DNA of 64,000 bases from an uncultured Gemmatimonadales bacterium. GTDB lineage: Bacteria > Gemmatimonadota > Gemmatimonadetes > Gemmatimonadales > GWC2-71-9. Shown piece by piece: positions 39,712 through 50,123 of the stretch. The notes below the pieces were generated by a model, which saw nothing but the letters and a program-made list of their open reading frames with translations, made no database searches and was not told where the DNA came from. The stretch is from assembly GCA_963828735.1 (NCBI GenBank), contig CAWHFW010000005.1:192001-256000 (forward strand). The letters are read 5' to 3'. Within the stretch, counting starts at the first letter, position 1, and each line of letters opens with the position of its first letter. A program made the position numbers and the translations under genes.

Positions 39712-40851
39712 CTACTCCGCGGCCACCTGATCGGTCTGGGGCGGGGCGTAGCCTTCCGTCACTTCGTAGCCGGAGTGGTACCCCGCGGCGTCAGGCCTCC
39801 GGATCTCCGACTGCGCCACGATCCGATTCCGCCGGAGTCCCCGGAAGCTCTCGACCCCGCTCCACCCATCCGCCGCATGGCGCTCGAGAAACCCATCGAG
39901 CCCGGCCAACAGCCGCTTGATCACATTGGGCCCCACCGCCTGGTCGAGCATGGCCGCCGTACACACTTGGACCGTGCCGCAACCCAGGAGGAGGTAGGAC
40001 AGCGCCTGGGAGAAGTCCGAGATCCCGCCGATCCCCGAGAAGCTCTTGTCGGGAAACGCCCGGGTCATCTGGGCCATCTTCGCGAGCGAGAGCGGGAGGA
40101 TCGCCGGGCCGCCGAGCCCACCGCTCGACACCAGGCCATCCACGTTGATCTCGAACTCGAGGGTGTCGGGGTCGATCAGGGGAATCGAAGGGAAGGTGTT
40201 GGAGGAGACGATGGCGTCGGCCCCTCCCCGGAAACAGGCCGCCGCTTCGACTTCGATCTCGGCCGTGGCGGGCGTGAGCTTGCACCAGACCGGCACCGTG
40301 GCCGCTTCCTTCACCGCCTCGGTGACCACCGAGCAGAGCCCGTGGTCCTTGCCGATGTTGGATCCCATGTCGCGGCGGTCCATGTGCGGACAGGAGAAGT
40401 TGAGCTCTAGCCCGTCCGCCCCGGCCTCCTGGCAATCGCCGGCGAGTCGCTGCCAGTTCTGCAGCTCCTTGTCGTTCCCGGAGCCGGCCATGATCGAGGC
40501 GATGAGGATCCGGTCGGGAAACGCCTGCTTGATCCGTCGGATGCGGGGGAGCCACCAGTCGATGGTCTTGTCGGAGATGAGCTCCCAGTTCCAGGATGAG
40601 TGCAGCGCCGCACCGGGGCGCTTCTTCATGGAGACGTTGGCGTCCTCGGGAGTGGTGCGCATGAACTTGGCCTTGGCTCCGACGACGTTGACGACCGGGT
40701 GGAGCCCGATCGTCTTGGTCACTACGCCGGCCCACCCGGCCTCGAAGGCGCGAAGGATGTTGCTCTCCGACTCCGTCGGCGGCGCCGAGGAGAGCAGGAA
40801 GGGATTCGCGAAGTCGAGTCCCGTGAACTTGACGGATCGGTTGGCAGACAT
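39712..40851 (-). CDS. preA: Dihydropyrimidine dehydrogenase FMN subunit, lacking C-terminal ferredoxin motifs
   Basis: NPFLLSSAPPT, GW.GVVTKT, WNWELISD, ELNFSCPH, VWCKLTP, SGIGGI, VQVCT; no CxxCxxCxxxC. Confidence 0.87.
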   Translation of the reverse strand: MSANRSVKFTGLDFANPFLLSSAPPTESESNILRAFEAGWAGVVTKTIGLHPVVNVVGAKAKFMRTTPEDANVSMKKRPGAALHSSWNWELISDKTIDWWLPRIRRIKQAFPDRILIASIMAGSGNDKELQNWQRLAGDCQEAGADGLELNFSCPHMDRRDMGSNIGKDHGLCSVVTEAVKEAATVPVWCKLTPATAEIEVEAAACFRGGADAIVSSNTFPSIPLIDPDTLEFEINVDGLVSSGGLGGPAILPLSLAKMAQMTRAFPDKSFSGIGGISDFSQALSYLLLGCGTVQVCTAAMLDQAVGPNVIKRLLAGLDGFLERHAADGWSGVESFRGLRRNRIVAQSEIRRPDAAGYHSGYEVTEGYAPPQTDQVAAE

Positions 40852-41272
40852 GGCGGACAGCCTCCATTCACGACATCCAACTCACGCCGGTCATCCCGGC
40901 GCTTGCGCGCTCCATCACCCCGCGGGCGATCGCGCCGTCTTGGCAAAAATGGAGGCGGCGTTGCCGTTGGGCGAGCTATCACGGACGGCGGGGTATTTCA
41001 TGGCTCCTCCGAGGAACCTCGGCCCGCGCTCGGGAGGCAGCGTGGCCATAGCGGAGAGGCGAGAGGCGGATGGAGGTGGGCCGTTCCAGTCAACATAACG
41101 ATGCGCTCCAGCGGGGGGCAAACATGACGGCCGGAGGGCCCAGCCCGAGTCAGCAGGCCGGAGCAGCCACGGCGCCTCACCCTTGATATCGGCTTGACTG
41201 GAGGGTGGTATCGGTAGCTCAAGCACCAAGCATTTCCCTGATCATACCGAGTTCGAGGCCGAGGAGGCTCCG

Positions 41273-42820
41273 ATGCCGACCGCCCGTTTCCTTCCGCTCC
41301 TGATCTCGTTGCTGGGGCTTGCCGCCTGCGGGGAGGACCATCCACCCACGGGCCCGTCGGATTCGGCTGCGCCAGGCGCCGAGCTCGGCATGTCCACAGC
41401 AGGGCGCCGAGTCGTCACGAGCCTCGCCGATCCCGGTAACGGCATCTGCAATACGGTCCAGTGCACCTTGCGCGAAGCGATCAACGACCCGGGCAGCACC
41501 GACATCACTTTCGTCTCAGGGCTGGCTGGTACGATCACGCTTGCCGCGCCCGCGAAGGGAGGCGGCGAGCTCGTGATCAAGAAGTCGCTGACGATCAGCG
41601 CCCCCGCTAGTGGGATCACGGTTCGGCGCCGGAGCACGGATCCAGCCTTCCGCATTCTCCGAATCGTCTCGGCTGTGACCGTGTCGCTGACGAACCTGAC
41701 GCTCCGCGGCGGCAAGATCATCGACCAACCGGGCGGCGGCATCATCAATTTTGGTAGCCTCGCGCTCACGAGGTGTACAGTGACGGATAACCTTGCCCCT
41801 CATGGCGGCGGCATTGAGAGCCACGGCCCGCTGACGCTGACCAACAGCACGCTCGCGAACAACTCCGGTGGGGGGGTCGAGAATCACAACAACGCCACGC
41901 TCACCATCAAGCACAGCACGGTCACACGGAATCTGGGCGTGGGTGTCACGAACATCGGAAGTACGTTGGTGGTCCTGAACAGCACGGTCTCCGACAACAG
42001 CGGCACCGGCGTGGCCGTCAATCGAGGCATGTCCACGCTCACCACCGCCCGGATCGTAGGGAACAAGCGAGGAGGCATCAGAGTGGCAGTTGGCGACATG
42101 ACAGTCACCAAGAGCACGGTTGCGCGCAACCTGAGCACCGATGGAGGCGGTATCGCCAATTTTGGCGGAAACCTCACGATCACCAACACCACGGTCACGG
42201 GCAATTCGGCCACGGGCCACGGCGGGGGCATTTACAACACGACGGGCGATCCAAACGGTCGTGGGGGTGCGAGTCTCACGCTCACGAATAGCACAGTCTC
42301 AGGGAATTCTGCTGCTGTCGGCGGAGGAATCGATAACTTGGACAAGCTGGGCGGCGCTCGGCTCACCGCAACCAATAGTACGGTGGCGCTGAACTCGGCC
42401 CATGACGGAGGTGGGGGCATCCACCAGGGAACCGGCGTTGAGACGAGCAACTCCATCGCTCTCATCAATAGCCTGGTCGCAAAGAACACCGCGCCGTCCG
42501 GGGCCGATGTGCTGGGTGAGTCCGTCGAGAACGAATCCCGGTTCTTTGTGACCTTCAGCGTAATCGGAGACGGGCGCGGGAGCAGCATCACGAACGCTGA
42601 CGGCAACCAGGTCGGCAACGTCGCCCCGAACACGTCGTCCATAGACCCTCTCCTGGGCCCGCTGGCGCTCAACGGTGGCCCCACCAGGACGCACGCGCTC
42701 CTACCGGAGAGCCCGGCACTCGATGCCGCGTCGACGCCGGACTGCCCGCCCACCGACCAGCGTGGCGTGGCGCGCCCACAAGGGGCGGGTTGCGACAGTG
42801 GCAGCTACGAGCAGGAGTGA
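41273..42820 (+). CDS. CSLREA / choice-of-anchor-Q beta-helix lipoprotein
   Basis: Lipobox LAAC; CTLREAI; many GGGIxN repeats; C-terminal DPLLGPLALNGGPTRTHALLPESPALD...DQRG...CDSGSYE. Confidence 0.85.
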   Translation: MPTARFLPLLISLLGLAACGEDHPPTGPSDSAAPGAELGMSTAGRRVVTSLADPGNGICNTVQCTLREAINDPGSTDITFVSGLAGTITLAAPAKGGGELVIKKSLTISAPASGITVRRRSTDPAFRILRIVSAVTVSLTNLTLRGGKIIDQPGGGIINFGSLALTRCTVTDNLAPHGGGIESHGPLTLTNSTLANNSGGGVENHNNATLTIKHSTVTRNLGVGVTNIGSTLVVLNSTVSDNSGTGVAVNRGMSTLTTARIVGNKRGGIRVAVGDMTVTKSTVARNLSTDGGGIANFGGNLTITNTTVTGNSATGHGGGIYNTTGDPNGRGGASLTLTNSTVSGNSAAVGGGIDNLDKLGGARLTATNSTVALNSAHDGGGGIHQGTGVETSNSIALINSLVAKNTAPSGADVLGESVENESRFFVTFSVIGDGRGSSITNADGNQVGNVAPNTSSIDPLLGPLALNGGPTRTHALLPESPALDAASTPDCPPTDQRGVARPQGAGCDSGSYEQE

Positions 42821-42986
42821 CTGACGGATACCTGGGGGGCTGGCCCAGGGCTGCCTACGGCACGGTCTGGCCCAGCTGTTCTCAGCAGAATTGAAGTCTC
42901 TCCTGTCGCGGGCGCTGGCCAGAGCGGTGTTGCGCCTCCCGAGCTCCGGCGCCAGGTCCCGCCGCTTCAGGACAGAGGGGTATGCA

Positions 42987-43265
42987 TCAGTCTCCCTGCA
43001 GCCGCAGCCGATCGGTCGCGCGTCGGCGCAGTGTCGGGTCCGCCGGCGGCGATCCTTCGTGCCGGAACTCGAAGTGTGCGCTGTCTAGCACGCGGTCGGC
43101 GATCGATCTGCCGCCGCCGTGCTGCAGGCGTCGGGCCCACACGATATCGGCCATGGTCGCGGCCTGGATCCAGACCTCCGGCGTGATGCCCGGGTACAGA
43201 TGCGCCGAGGCTGCGCGGAGGCGCGCTTCCCTCGGCAGGTCTTGCTCGCCGCTCTCGGGATTCAT
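42987..43265 (-). CDS. Small hypothetical protein, LYPG...HFEFR family (paralog of 9870-10136)
   Basis: GAGGA RBS; REARLR...LYPG...W...DRVLDSAHFEFR. Confidence 0.75.
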   Translation of the reverse strand: MNPESGEQDLPREARLRAASAHLYPGITPEVWIQAATMADIVWARRLQHGGGRSIADRVLDSAHFEFRHEGSPPADPTLRRRATDRLRLQGD

Positions 43266-43517
43266 TCGTCTTCCTCGGCTCGTCTCTTGACGACGTGCTC
43301 GCCGGCCGCGAAGGCGCCGCCGACGGGTTTTGTGCTCTCAAACCTATGCGAAAGACCAGCACCCGGTACCAATCGGGCGGCAGCCGACGGCTACGAACGG
43401 CTCCGCTCCGCCCAGGGCTCGCGACGTGACGTCGATCTTCGAGCCCACTTCCCGTCGCAGGCCCATCCCCGCATCTTCGGCCATCGTCCTGTTCCCGCTC
43501 CCGATGAGGACCACCGT

Positions 43518-45023
43518 ATGCCCGAAGTCGCTCCCATCCTGATCGATGGTGCCTGGATTCCCGCGCGCGCTCGAGCGACGCGCGAGGTCCGGAACCCAGC
43601 TACTCTCGACCTCCTCGGTCTCGTCGCCGACTGCGGACCCGACGACGTTGCCGCCGCCGTCGAGGCGGCCGCCCGAGCCCAGCCCTCATGGTGGCGGGTG
43701 CCCGGGGTCGAGAAGGCGAACTATCTGCGGCGTGTCGCGGGCAAGATCCGCGAGAACGAGCGCGCGCTCTCGACGCTCATGGCCCGCGAGACCGGCAAGC
43801 CCTTGATCGAGGCGGTCGACTGCATCGAATGGGTAGCGGCCTGTTTCGACTACTACGCCGAGGTGGGCCGGCGGAGCTACGGCACCTCCATTCCGCCGGT
43901 CGCCGCGCACCAGATCAACTTCACGATCAAGGAGCCCTACGGAGTGGTTGCGGCCATCGTACCGTTCAACTTTCCCCTGCTCCTCATGGCGTGGAAGGTG
44001 GCGCCGGCGCTCGCGGCCGGAAACACGCTGGTCTGCAAGCCCCCGCACCAGAATCCGCTTTCGAACCTGCTGATGGCGCGGTGCTTCGACGATCTTCCCG
44101 CCGGCGTCGTGAACGTCATCACCGGAGGTCCGGACACCGGCGAGGCGCTCGTCCGGCATCCCCGCGTGGACCTCATCGCCTTCACCGGCTCGGTGGCCGC
44201 GGGGCGCCGGATCGCGGCGCAGGCGGGCCAGGACCTCAAGAAGGTCAATCTCGAGCTCGGCAGCGTGGACCCGCTCATCGTCTTCGCGGATGCCGACCTC
44301 GACGTCGCCGTCCCCGGCGCCGCGTGGGCGCGCCTCCTCAACGCCGGGCAGGTGTGTACGTCGGCCAAGCGAGTGTACCTGGTCGAGCCGATCGCGCGCG
44401 AGTTCACCGAGCGGCTCGAGCAGTATGTGAGCACGCTGCGCGTCGGCGACCCGATGGATCCGGCCGTGGACGTCGGTCCGCTCATCTCGAAGGACGCACT
44501 CGACACCGTCGAGCGGCAGATCGCCGAAGCGGTGACTCAAGGCGCGCGGCTGCTCACCGGTGGCTGCCGCGTCCAGCCGGACGGTCTGCGTGGACATTTC
44601 CTCGCCCCGACGATCCTGACCGACGTGCGGCACGGGACGCTGCCGACGACGGAGGAAATCTTCGGTCCGGTGCTGTCCCTCACGGTCGCGCGTGACGCGG
44701 ACGAGGCCATCCGCCTGGCCAACGACAGCCGGTACGGCCTCGGCGCGACGGTCTATACCAAGAGCCTCGAGACGGCGATGCGGGCGATGCAGGAGATCAA
44801 GGCGGGCACGTTCTGGATCAACGATCCGCTCACCGACAACGACGCCGGGCCATTCGGCGGGATGCGCTGGAGCGGTATCGGACGCGAGCTCGGCGAGGAG
44901 GGACTGGATGCCTTCCGCGAGCCCAAGCACGTGCATCTCGACTATGTGATGGAGCGGAAGGACTACTGGTACCCCTACAGCGAGCGCCCGATCCCGACGC
45001 ACGGTCCCGCCCACGGGGCGTGA
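43518..45023 (+). CDS. NAD(P)-dependent aldehyde dehydrogenase
   Basis: PFNFPL, FTGSVAAG, LELG, NAGQVCTS (catalytic Cys), EEIFGPV, PFGG...SGIGRE. Confidence 0.93.
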   Translation: MPEVAPILIDGAWIPARARATREVRNPATLDLLGLVADCGPDDVAAAVEAAARAQPSWWRVPGVEKANYLRRVAGKIRENERALSTLMARETGKPLIEAVDCIEWVAACFDYYAEVGRRSYGTSIPPVAAHQINFTIKEPYGVVAAIVPFNFPLLLMAWKVAPALAAGNTLVCKPPHQNPLSNLLMARCFDDLPAGVVNVITGGPDTGEALVRHPRVDLIAFTGSVAAGRRIAAQAGQDLKKVNLELGSVDPLIVFADADLDVAVPGAAWARLLNAGQVCTSAKRVYLVEPIAREFTERLEQYVSTLRVGDPMDPAVDVGPLISKDALDTVERQIAEAVTQGARLLTGGCRVQPDGLRGHFLAPTILTDVRHGTLPTTEEIFGPVLSLTVARDADEAIRLANDSRYGLGATVYTKSLETAMRAMQEIKAGTFWINDPLTDNDAGPFGGMRWSGIGRELGEEGLDAFREPKHVHLDYVMERKDYWYPYSERPIPTHGPAHGA

Positions 45024-45046
45024 CGGGGAGCGCTCGCGGCCTCCTC

Positions 45047-45991
45047 CTACCCTTCTGCCGCCCAGTTTCTCGGTTCGAGCATCGCCAGCAGCTCCGCCTC
45101 GAAGCTCCCCGGCTCGTACTCCGGGGCGTATTCCCATGCAGCCAGCGGCGGAAGGCTCATGAGCACGCTCTCGATCCGGGCGTTGGTCTGGAGCCCGAAG
45201 ATCGTGCCGCGGTCGTGGACCAGGTTGAACTCGACGTACCTGCCGCGCCGCGCAAGCTGGAACCGCCGTTCCCGCTCGCCATACGGAAGCGCCCGCCGGC
45301 GTTCGACGATCGGCTCGTACGCCATTGGCAGCGAGCCCCCGACGTCGAGCACGAATGCGACGAGCTGGTCGAGCGACAAGCCGCCGTCCCCATCCCTCAG
45401 GTTGTCGAAGAAGATGCCCCCGATGCCGCGCCGCTCGTCGCCCCGGTGCGTGTTGACGAAGTAGTGATCACACCAGCTCTTGAACCTGGAATAGAGCCCG
45501 GCATGGTGCCGATCGCACACGACCTTGAGCGCACGATGGAAGTGCGTCGCGTCCTCCGGAAACGGGTACGTGGGTGTGAGATCGGTTCCGCCGCCGAGCC
45601 AGACGTCCAGCGTGCGCCCCTCCGCGTCGCAGAGGTCGAAATAGCGCACGTTGAGGTGCACGGTCGGCACCATCGGGCTGCGCGGGTGCACCACGAGGCT
45701 CATGCCGGTTGCGTAGAACAGAGCCTCCTCGCCGGTCGGCGTCCGCGCGCCCAGCCGCTGCGCCGCGCCTCCGGTGAGAACCCCGCTCACGGCCGAGCGG
45801 TTGATCCCCGCCTTCTCGAACGTCGCGCCGTCCGTCAGCACGCGGGCGATGCCCCCGCCGCCACCCGGGCGGTCCCAGCGATCCTCCCGAAAGGTGCCGC
45901 CACCGTCGAGCCGGCCGAAGAAGGCCGTCGTTTCGTCGTGGAGACGCTCGATCATCGCGGACACGCGCTCGCGGAGCGGTCCCGCGGTCAC
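45047..45991 (-). CDS. hemF: Oxygen-dependent coproporphyrinogen III oxidase
   Basis: FEKAGIN, HPRSPMVPTVHLNVRYF, GGGTDLTP, RGIGGIFFD, RRGRYVEFNL..DRGT.FGL; GTGA overlap with the hemE stop. Confidence 0.95.
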   Translation of the reverse strand: MTAGPLRERVSAMIERLHDETTAFFGRLDGGGTFREDRWDRPGGGGGIARVLTDGATFEKAGINRSAVSGVLTGGAAQRLGARTPTGEEALFYATGMSLVVHPRSPMVPTVHLNVRYFDLCDAEGRTLDVWLGGGTDLTPTYPFPEDATHFHRALKVVCDRHHAGLYSRFKSWCDHYFVNTHRGDERRGIGGIFFDNLRDGDGGLSLDQLVAFVLDVGGSLPMAYEPIVERRRALPYGERERRFQLARRGRYVEFNLVHDRGTIFGLQTNARIESVLMSLPPLAAWEYAPEYEPGSFEAELLAMLEPRNWAAEG

Positions 45992-47019
45992 GGCGCCCGC
46001 CAGGCCTTCACCGCGTCGACGAACGCGCGAGCGTGGCCCACCGGCACGTCCGGGTTGATGCCGTGCCCGAGATTGGCGATGTGGTTCCGGCCGCCGAACG
46101 CGTCCAGCATCTCGTGCGTCCGTCTCGCGATCTCCGCCGGCGACGCGTACAGCCAGCACGGATCGAGGTTGCCCTGGAGCGCGACGGGCCGGGCACCGAG
46201 CCGCCGGCGCGCGTCCGACGCGTCGGTTTGCCAGTCGACGCCGATCACATCGGCTCCCGTCGCGTCAGCGATCTCCTCGAGCGCCCAGCCCGCGCCCGGT
46301 GCGAACGCGATGACGGGTGCGCCCGCCAGCCTCGCGAGGCGCGCCGCCTCGGCTAGGTAGGGCAGCGCGAACTCGCGGAAGTCCCGGGGGCCGAGGGCGC
46401 TCGCCCACGAGTCGAAGAGCTGGACGGCCTGGGCCCCGGCGGCGACCTGCGCCGCCAGGAACGCCCCGACCGCTCTCGCCAGCCTGGCGAGCAGGGCATG
46501 GGCCCGTGCCGGGTCCTGCACGAGCAGCCGCTTGGCGTGCGTGAACGACTTCGACCCCTGGCCCTCTACCATGTAGCTCATCAGCGTCCATGGTGCGCCG
46601 GCAAATCCGATCAGCGGCACCCGGCCGTCGAGCTCGCGCCGCGCCAGCCGCAGCGCGTCGAGCACGTAGCCCAGATGTTCCTCGGGGTGGATGTCGTGAA
46701 TACACTCGAAATCGGCCGCCGAGCGGAGCGGCTGATGGAACCGCGGTCCAATGCCTTCATCCACGGAGAGGGCCATTCCCATGGCCTGCGGAACGACGAG
46801 GATGTCGCTGAATATGATCGCGGCGTCCACGCCGAGCAGGTCCACGGGCTGCAGCGTCACTTCGACGGCGAGCTCCGGTGTGCCGACCATGGTGAGGAAG
46901 TCCGCGCGCTCCCGGACGGCGCGGTACTCCGGCAGATACCGGCCCGCCTGACGCATCATCCACACGGGAGGTCGTTCGACCACCTCGCGGCGGCAGGCTC
47001 GGAGGAAGAGATCGTTCAT
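45988..47019 (-). CDS. hemE: Uroporphyrinogen decarboxylase
   Basis: PVWMMRQAGRYLPEY, AAIIFSDIL, GFAGAPWT, QLFDSW, QGNLDP, NLGHGI. Confidence 0.96.
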   Translation of the reverse strand: MNDLFLRACRREVVERPPVWMMRQAGRYLPEYRAVRERADFLTMVGTPELAVEVTLQPVDLLGVDAAIIFSDILVVPQAMGMALSVDEGIGPRFHQPLRSAADFECIHDIHPEEHLGYVLDALRLARRELDGRVPLIGFAGAPWTLMSYMVEGQGSKSFTHAKRLLVQDPARAHALLARLARAVGAFLAAQVAAGAQAVQLFDSWASALGPRDFREFALPYLAEAARLARLAGAPVIAFAPGAGWALEEIADATGADVIGVDWQTDASDARRRLGARPVALQGNLDPCWLYASPAEIARRTHEMLDAFGGRNHIANLGHGINPDVPVGHARAFVDAVKAWRAP

Positions 47020-47035
47020 GTGCCTCCGAGGCTGT

Positions 47036-47782
47036 TCACTGAGAGGAGACCAGCGACCGGACGGCCACGGCCAGGGCCTCCGCGGTCGGCCGGGACGCCA
47101 CCTTGGCGGGCGGCCAGCCTGACGCGCGTGCCGCCGCCGCCGTGGTAGGTCCCACCGCCAGCAGGGCCGGCCGCACGCCCGAGGGGCACGCGCGCGCGAG
47201 GAGATCCGCGACGCTGGGACTGGTCACCACGAGCACCTGCGCGCGCTCCGCCACGCGGCGCGCCTCCACCTCGCCGGCGAGCACGGACCGGTAACACACC
47301 ACCTCGTGGATCTCCACGCCTTGGTCCCGCAGGCGGGCGGGCAGCTCGTCGCGCCGGATGTCGCCGCAGGGAAACAGCACCGGCCCCTGGACGCCCGAGG
47401 CCAGCAGTGCATCGCTCAGCGCCACCGCCGCCCCGAGCTCGCCCACCGCGCGCTCGTCGGGGCGTCGGATCTCGCCGAGCGACTCTCCCAGCGCCCGGAC
47501 GGTACCCTCGCCGGCAGCCCACACCGCCGGCCCGCGCGCCGGCGTGGCGTCCAGCACTCGGAGCCGCTCCGTAAACGCCGTCGCCGATCGTGGCGACGTG
47601 AACGCCACGGCGTGGTATCGGCCGAGGTGTCGTACGGCCGCATCCACCGGCTCCCAATCGAGCGGTGGGGCGAACGTCATGAGCGGTGCCTCTTCCACCG
47701 CGACGGGAATCGCGCGCAGGGCCTCGTGCAACCCTGGAAACGTCCCGGCTGACGCCGTCACCACGACGGTCGCCGGCATCAC
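47036..47782 (-). CDS. hemD: Uroporphyrinogen-III synthase
   Basis: VAFTSPRS, LFPCGD...L...G...VVCYRS, VTSPS, AVGPTTA; lies between hemC and hemE. Confidence 0.85.
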   Translation of the reverse strand: MMPATVVVTASAGTFPGLHEALRAIPVAVEEAPLMTFAPPLDWEPVDAAVRHLGRYHAVAFTSPRSATAFTERLRVLDATPARGPAVWAAGEGTVRALGESLGEIRRPDERAVGELGAAVALSDALLASGVQGPVLFPCGDIRRDELPARLRDQGVEIHEVVCYRSVLAGEVEARRVAERAQVLVVTSPSVADLLARACPSGVRPALLAVGPTTAAAARASGWPPAKVASRPTAEALAVAVRSLVSSQ

Positions 47783-48738
47783 GGCTCCGGGACGGCGGGC
47801 GCCTGGGCGGCACGCACCTCCGACAGGATCGAGGCCGCCCCATCCTCGAGCACACGCTCCGCAAGGCGGACTCCCAGGTCTTCGGCCTCGCGCTCGTCCC
47901 GCACGGGGCCGATCTCCTCTCCGTCGACCCCGCGCTCGCCACGAAGCGAGACGACCCTCCCGCGGAGTCGCAGGGTGCCGTCGGCGAGCACCGCGAGCGC
48001 CGCGACCGGCACCTGACAGCCGCCTTCGAGCGTGCGGAGAAACGAGCGCTCCGCGGCGACAGAGAGCGAGGTCGGCCCGTGGTGAATCGACCGCGCCGCG
48101 GCGGCCACGGCGGGGAGATCGCCGGTACGCGCGGTCAGCGCCAGCGCCCCCTGGCCGGGGGCGGGCAGCATGATCTCCGGAGGAAGCCGCTGCCCGATCC
48201 TGTCGGCCAGGCCAAGACGCACGAGGCCCGCCGCCGCGAGCAGGATGCCCGACCACTCCGGGTTCGCGGCCAGTTTGGCGAGTCGGGTGTCTACGTTGCC
48301 GCGGATATCGCGGACCTCGAGGTCGGAGCGAACATGAAGCAATTGGGCCCGCCGGCGGAGGCTGCTCGTGGCGAGCACGGCGCCCCGACCAAGATCATCC
48401 CATGAGATCGGCCCGCGGCCCACCAGCGCGTCGCTCGGGTCTTCCCGTTCGTCCACCGCCACGATCGCGATTCCGTCCGGTAGCGTCGTCGGCAGATCCT
48501 TGAGCGAATGCACGGCGAGATCGATCCGGCCGTCAAGCATGGCGTCGTCGATCTGTCGGGTGAACAGCGCGCGGGCGCCGATCTGCGCGAGGGGAATGTG
48601 TTGCACCATGTCGCCCGTGGTCCGGATCTCGACCCGCTCCGTGGAAAAGCCCGAGGCGCGGAGTCGGGCCCGGACGTGCTCGGTCTGCCAGAGCGCGAGG
48701 GCACTGGCGCGGGTCCCGATGCGGAGCGGCGAGCTCAC
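47779..48738 (-). CDS. hemC: Hydroxymethylbilane synthase
   Basis: RIGTRASALALWQ, TTGD, AVHSLKDLP, TSSLRRRAQ, RGNVDTRL, PAPGQG, LEGGCQVP. Confidence 0.96.
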   Translation of the reverse strand: MSSPLRIGTRASALALWQTEHVRARLRASGFSTERVEIRTTGDMVQHIPLAQIGARALFTRQIDDAMLDGRIDLAVHSLKDLPTTLPDGIAIVAVDEREDPSDALVGRGPISWDDLGRGAVLATSSLRRRAQLLHVRSDLEVRDIRGNVDTRLAKLAANPEWSGILLAAAGLVRLGLADRIGQRLPPEIMLPAPGQGALALTARTGDLPAVAAAARSIHHGPTSLSVAAERSFLRTLEGGCQVPVAALAVLADGTLRLRGRVVSLRGERGVDGEEIGPVRDEREAEDLGVRLAERVLEDGAASILSEVRAAQAPAVPEP

Positions 48739-50123
48739 GCGTTGCCCGCGCCTGCCGGTACCGCGCCGGCGACGCGTTCGGCCGCTGCTTCGCCGGACGC
48801 GACCGCCTCGCTGACGGCGACTCCCTCGCGATACGATCCGGCCAGCGCGAATCCAGGGTTGCGCCGCTCCACTTCGTCCATGATGTCCTTGAAGCGGCCG
48901 TAGGTGAGATCGTACTGGGGGATGGCCTTCGGCCACAGCTGAAACGTCCGGAACGTCGGCTCCCCCACGGCGCCGACCAGCAACCGCAGGTCGTCGTGGA
49001 CCCGCGCGGTGATGGTCGGCAGATCCGCGTTGGCGAGGTCGGGGTGGCGCACGCCGCCGATGAAGGCGGTGAGCAGCACGTGGCCATCGGGCGCGCGTCC
49101 CGCGAAGATGGTCGACGAGAAGATGACGCCGAGCACGCTCCGGCGCTCGACCTCGGGCACCAGGAAGCCGAAGCCGTCGAGCGGGTGACTCACCTCCGAT
49201 CGGCGGAACCCCAGCCCCAGCACCGCGACCGGCGGGTGCGTGATGCTCGCGAGGGTCTTGAGGCGGTCGCCGGCAGGGAACGCCAGGTCCACCTCGTCCA
49301 CGCAGTGAGCCGGCGCCGCGTAGATGACGGCGTCGTAGAGCTCGGTCGCCTGAAACGCGGCGCCCACGGCCCACCCCTTGGGCCCCGCGCGCAGCTGCGT
49401 GACCGCGGCCCGCGGCCGGATCTCCGCGTGCAGCTCGCGCGCGAGCGCGTCCGGCAGCTCCTGCAGTCCGGTCCGGAAGGAGAACATTCCGCCGGTGACG
49501 TCCTCCCCGGCCGCGTCCTCGTCGCGCCGCCGCGCCCGCATCATGCCCGCGAAGGCCTTCATCACGGAGCCGTGCGTGCGCTCGAGGCCGTGGAGCCGCG
49601 GCAGCGCGTGGCGCACGGAGAGCTGCTCGGGATCACCCGCGAAGATCCCCGCGACGAACGGGTTAGCGATGTAGTCGAGGATTTCCTGGTTGAATCGCCG
49701 GCGGATGAAGGTGGCGACGCTCTCGTCGACCGATCCGTCGGCGGCATCCACCAGCGGCTCGCCGAAGACGGCGAGCTTGGCACCGTTCGAGAGCAAGCGC
49801 GTGGTGAGGAAGTCCTGCGGTGAAGTGGGAAGCGGGCGGAGCTTCTTCTTCTTCACGATGTAGCGGTTCCGCGCAGCCGGCGAGGCCGGAACGACGCTCG
49901 ATTGGAGACCGAGCTCGCCGATCAGCCCCCGCAGCCCGGCGGCCGGCGTTGCGATCGAGGTGGGCCCGAGCTCCGCGACGTACCCTTCCCGCCGGTCGGT
50001 GCGAACCATCCCCCCGACGCGGTCCGCCGCCTCGTACACCACCACTCGAATCCCGCGCTGCTTGAGGCGATAGGCGGCGGTGAGACCCGCGACGCCACCC
50101 CCGACGATCGCTACCGCGCCCAT
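48735..50123 (-). CDS. hemY: HemY-type protoporphyrinogen/coproporphyrinogen oxidase
   Basis: IVGGGVAGLTAA, RVGG, ELGP, GIFAGDP..LS, GFGFLVP, W..AIPQY; ATG at 50123. Confidence 0.92.
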   Translation of the reverse strand: MGAVAIVGGGVAGLTAAYRLKQRGIRVVVYEAADRVGGMVRTDRREGYVAELGPTSIATPAAGLRGLIGELGLQSSVVPASPAARNRYIVKKKKLRPLPTSPQDFLTTRLLSNGAKLAVFGEPLVDAADGSVDESVATFIRRRFNQEILDYIANPFVAGIFAGDPEQLSVRHALPRLHGLERTHGSVMKAFAGMMRARRRDEDAAGEDVTGGMFSFRTGLQELPDALARELHAEIRPRAAVTQLRAGPKGWAVGAAFQATELYDAVIYAAPAHCVDEVDLAFPAGDRLKTLASITHPPVAVLGLGFRRSEVSHPLDGFGFLVPEVERRSVLGVIFSSTIFAGRAPDGHVLLTAFIGGVRHPDLANADLPTITARVHDDLRLLVGAVGEPTFRTFQLWPKAIPQYDLTYGRFKDIMDEVERRNPGFALAGSYREGVAVSEAVASGEAAAERVAGAVPAGAGNA

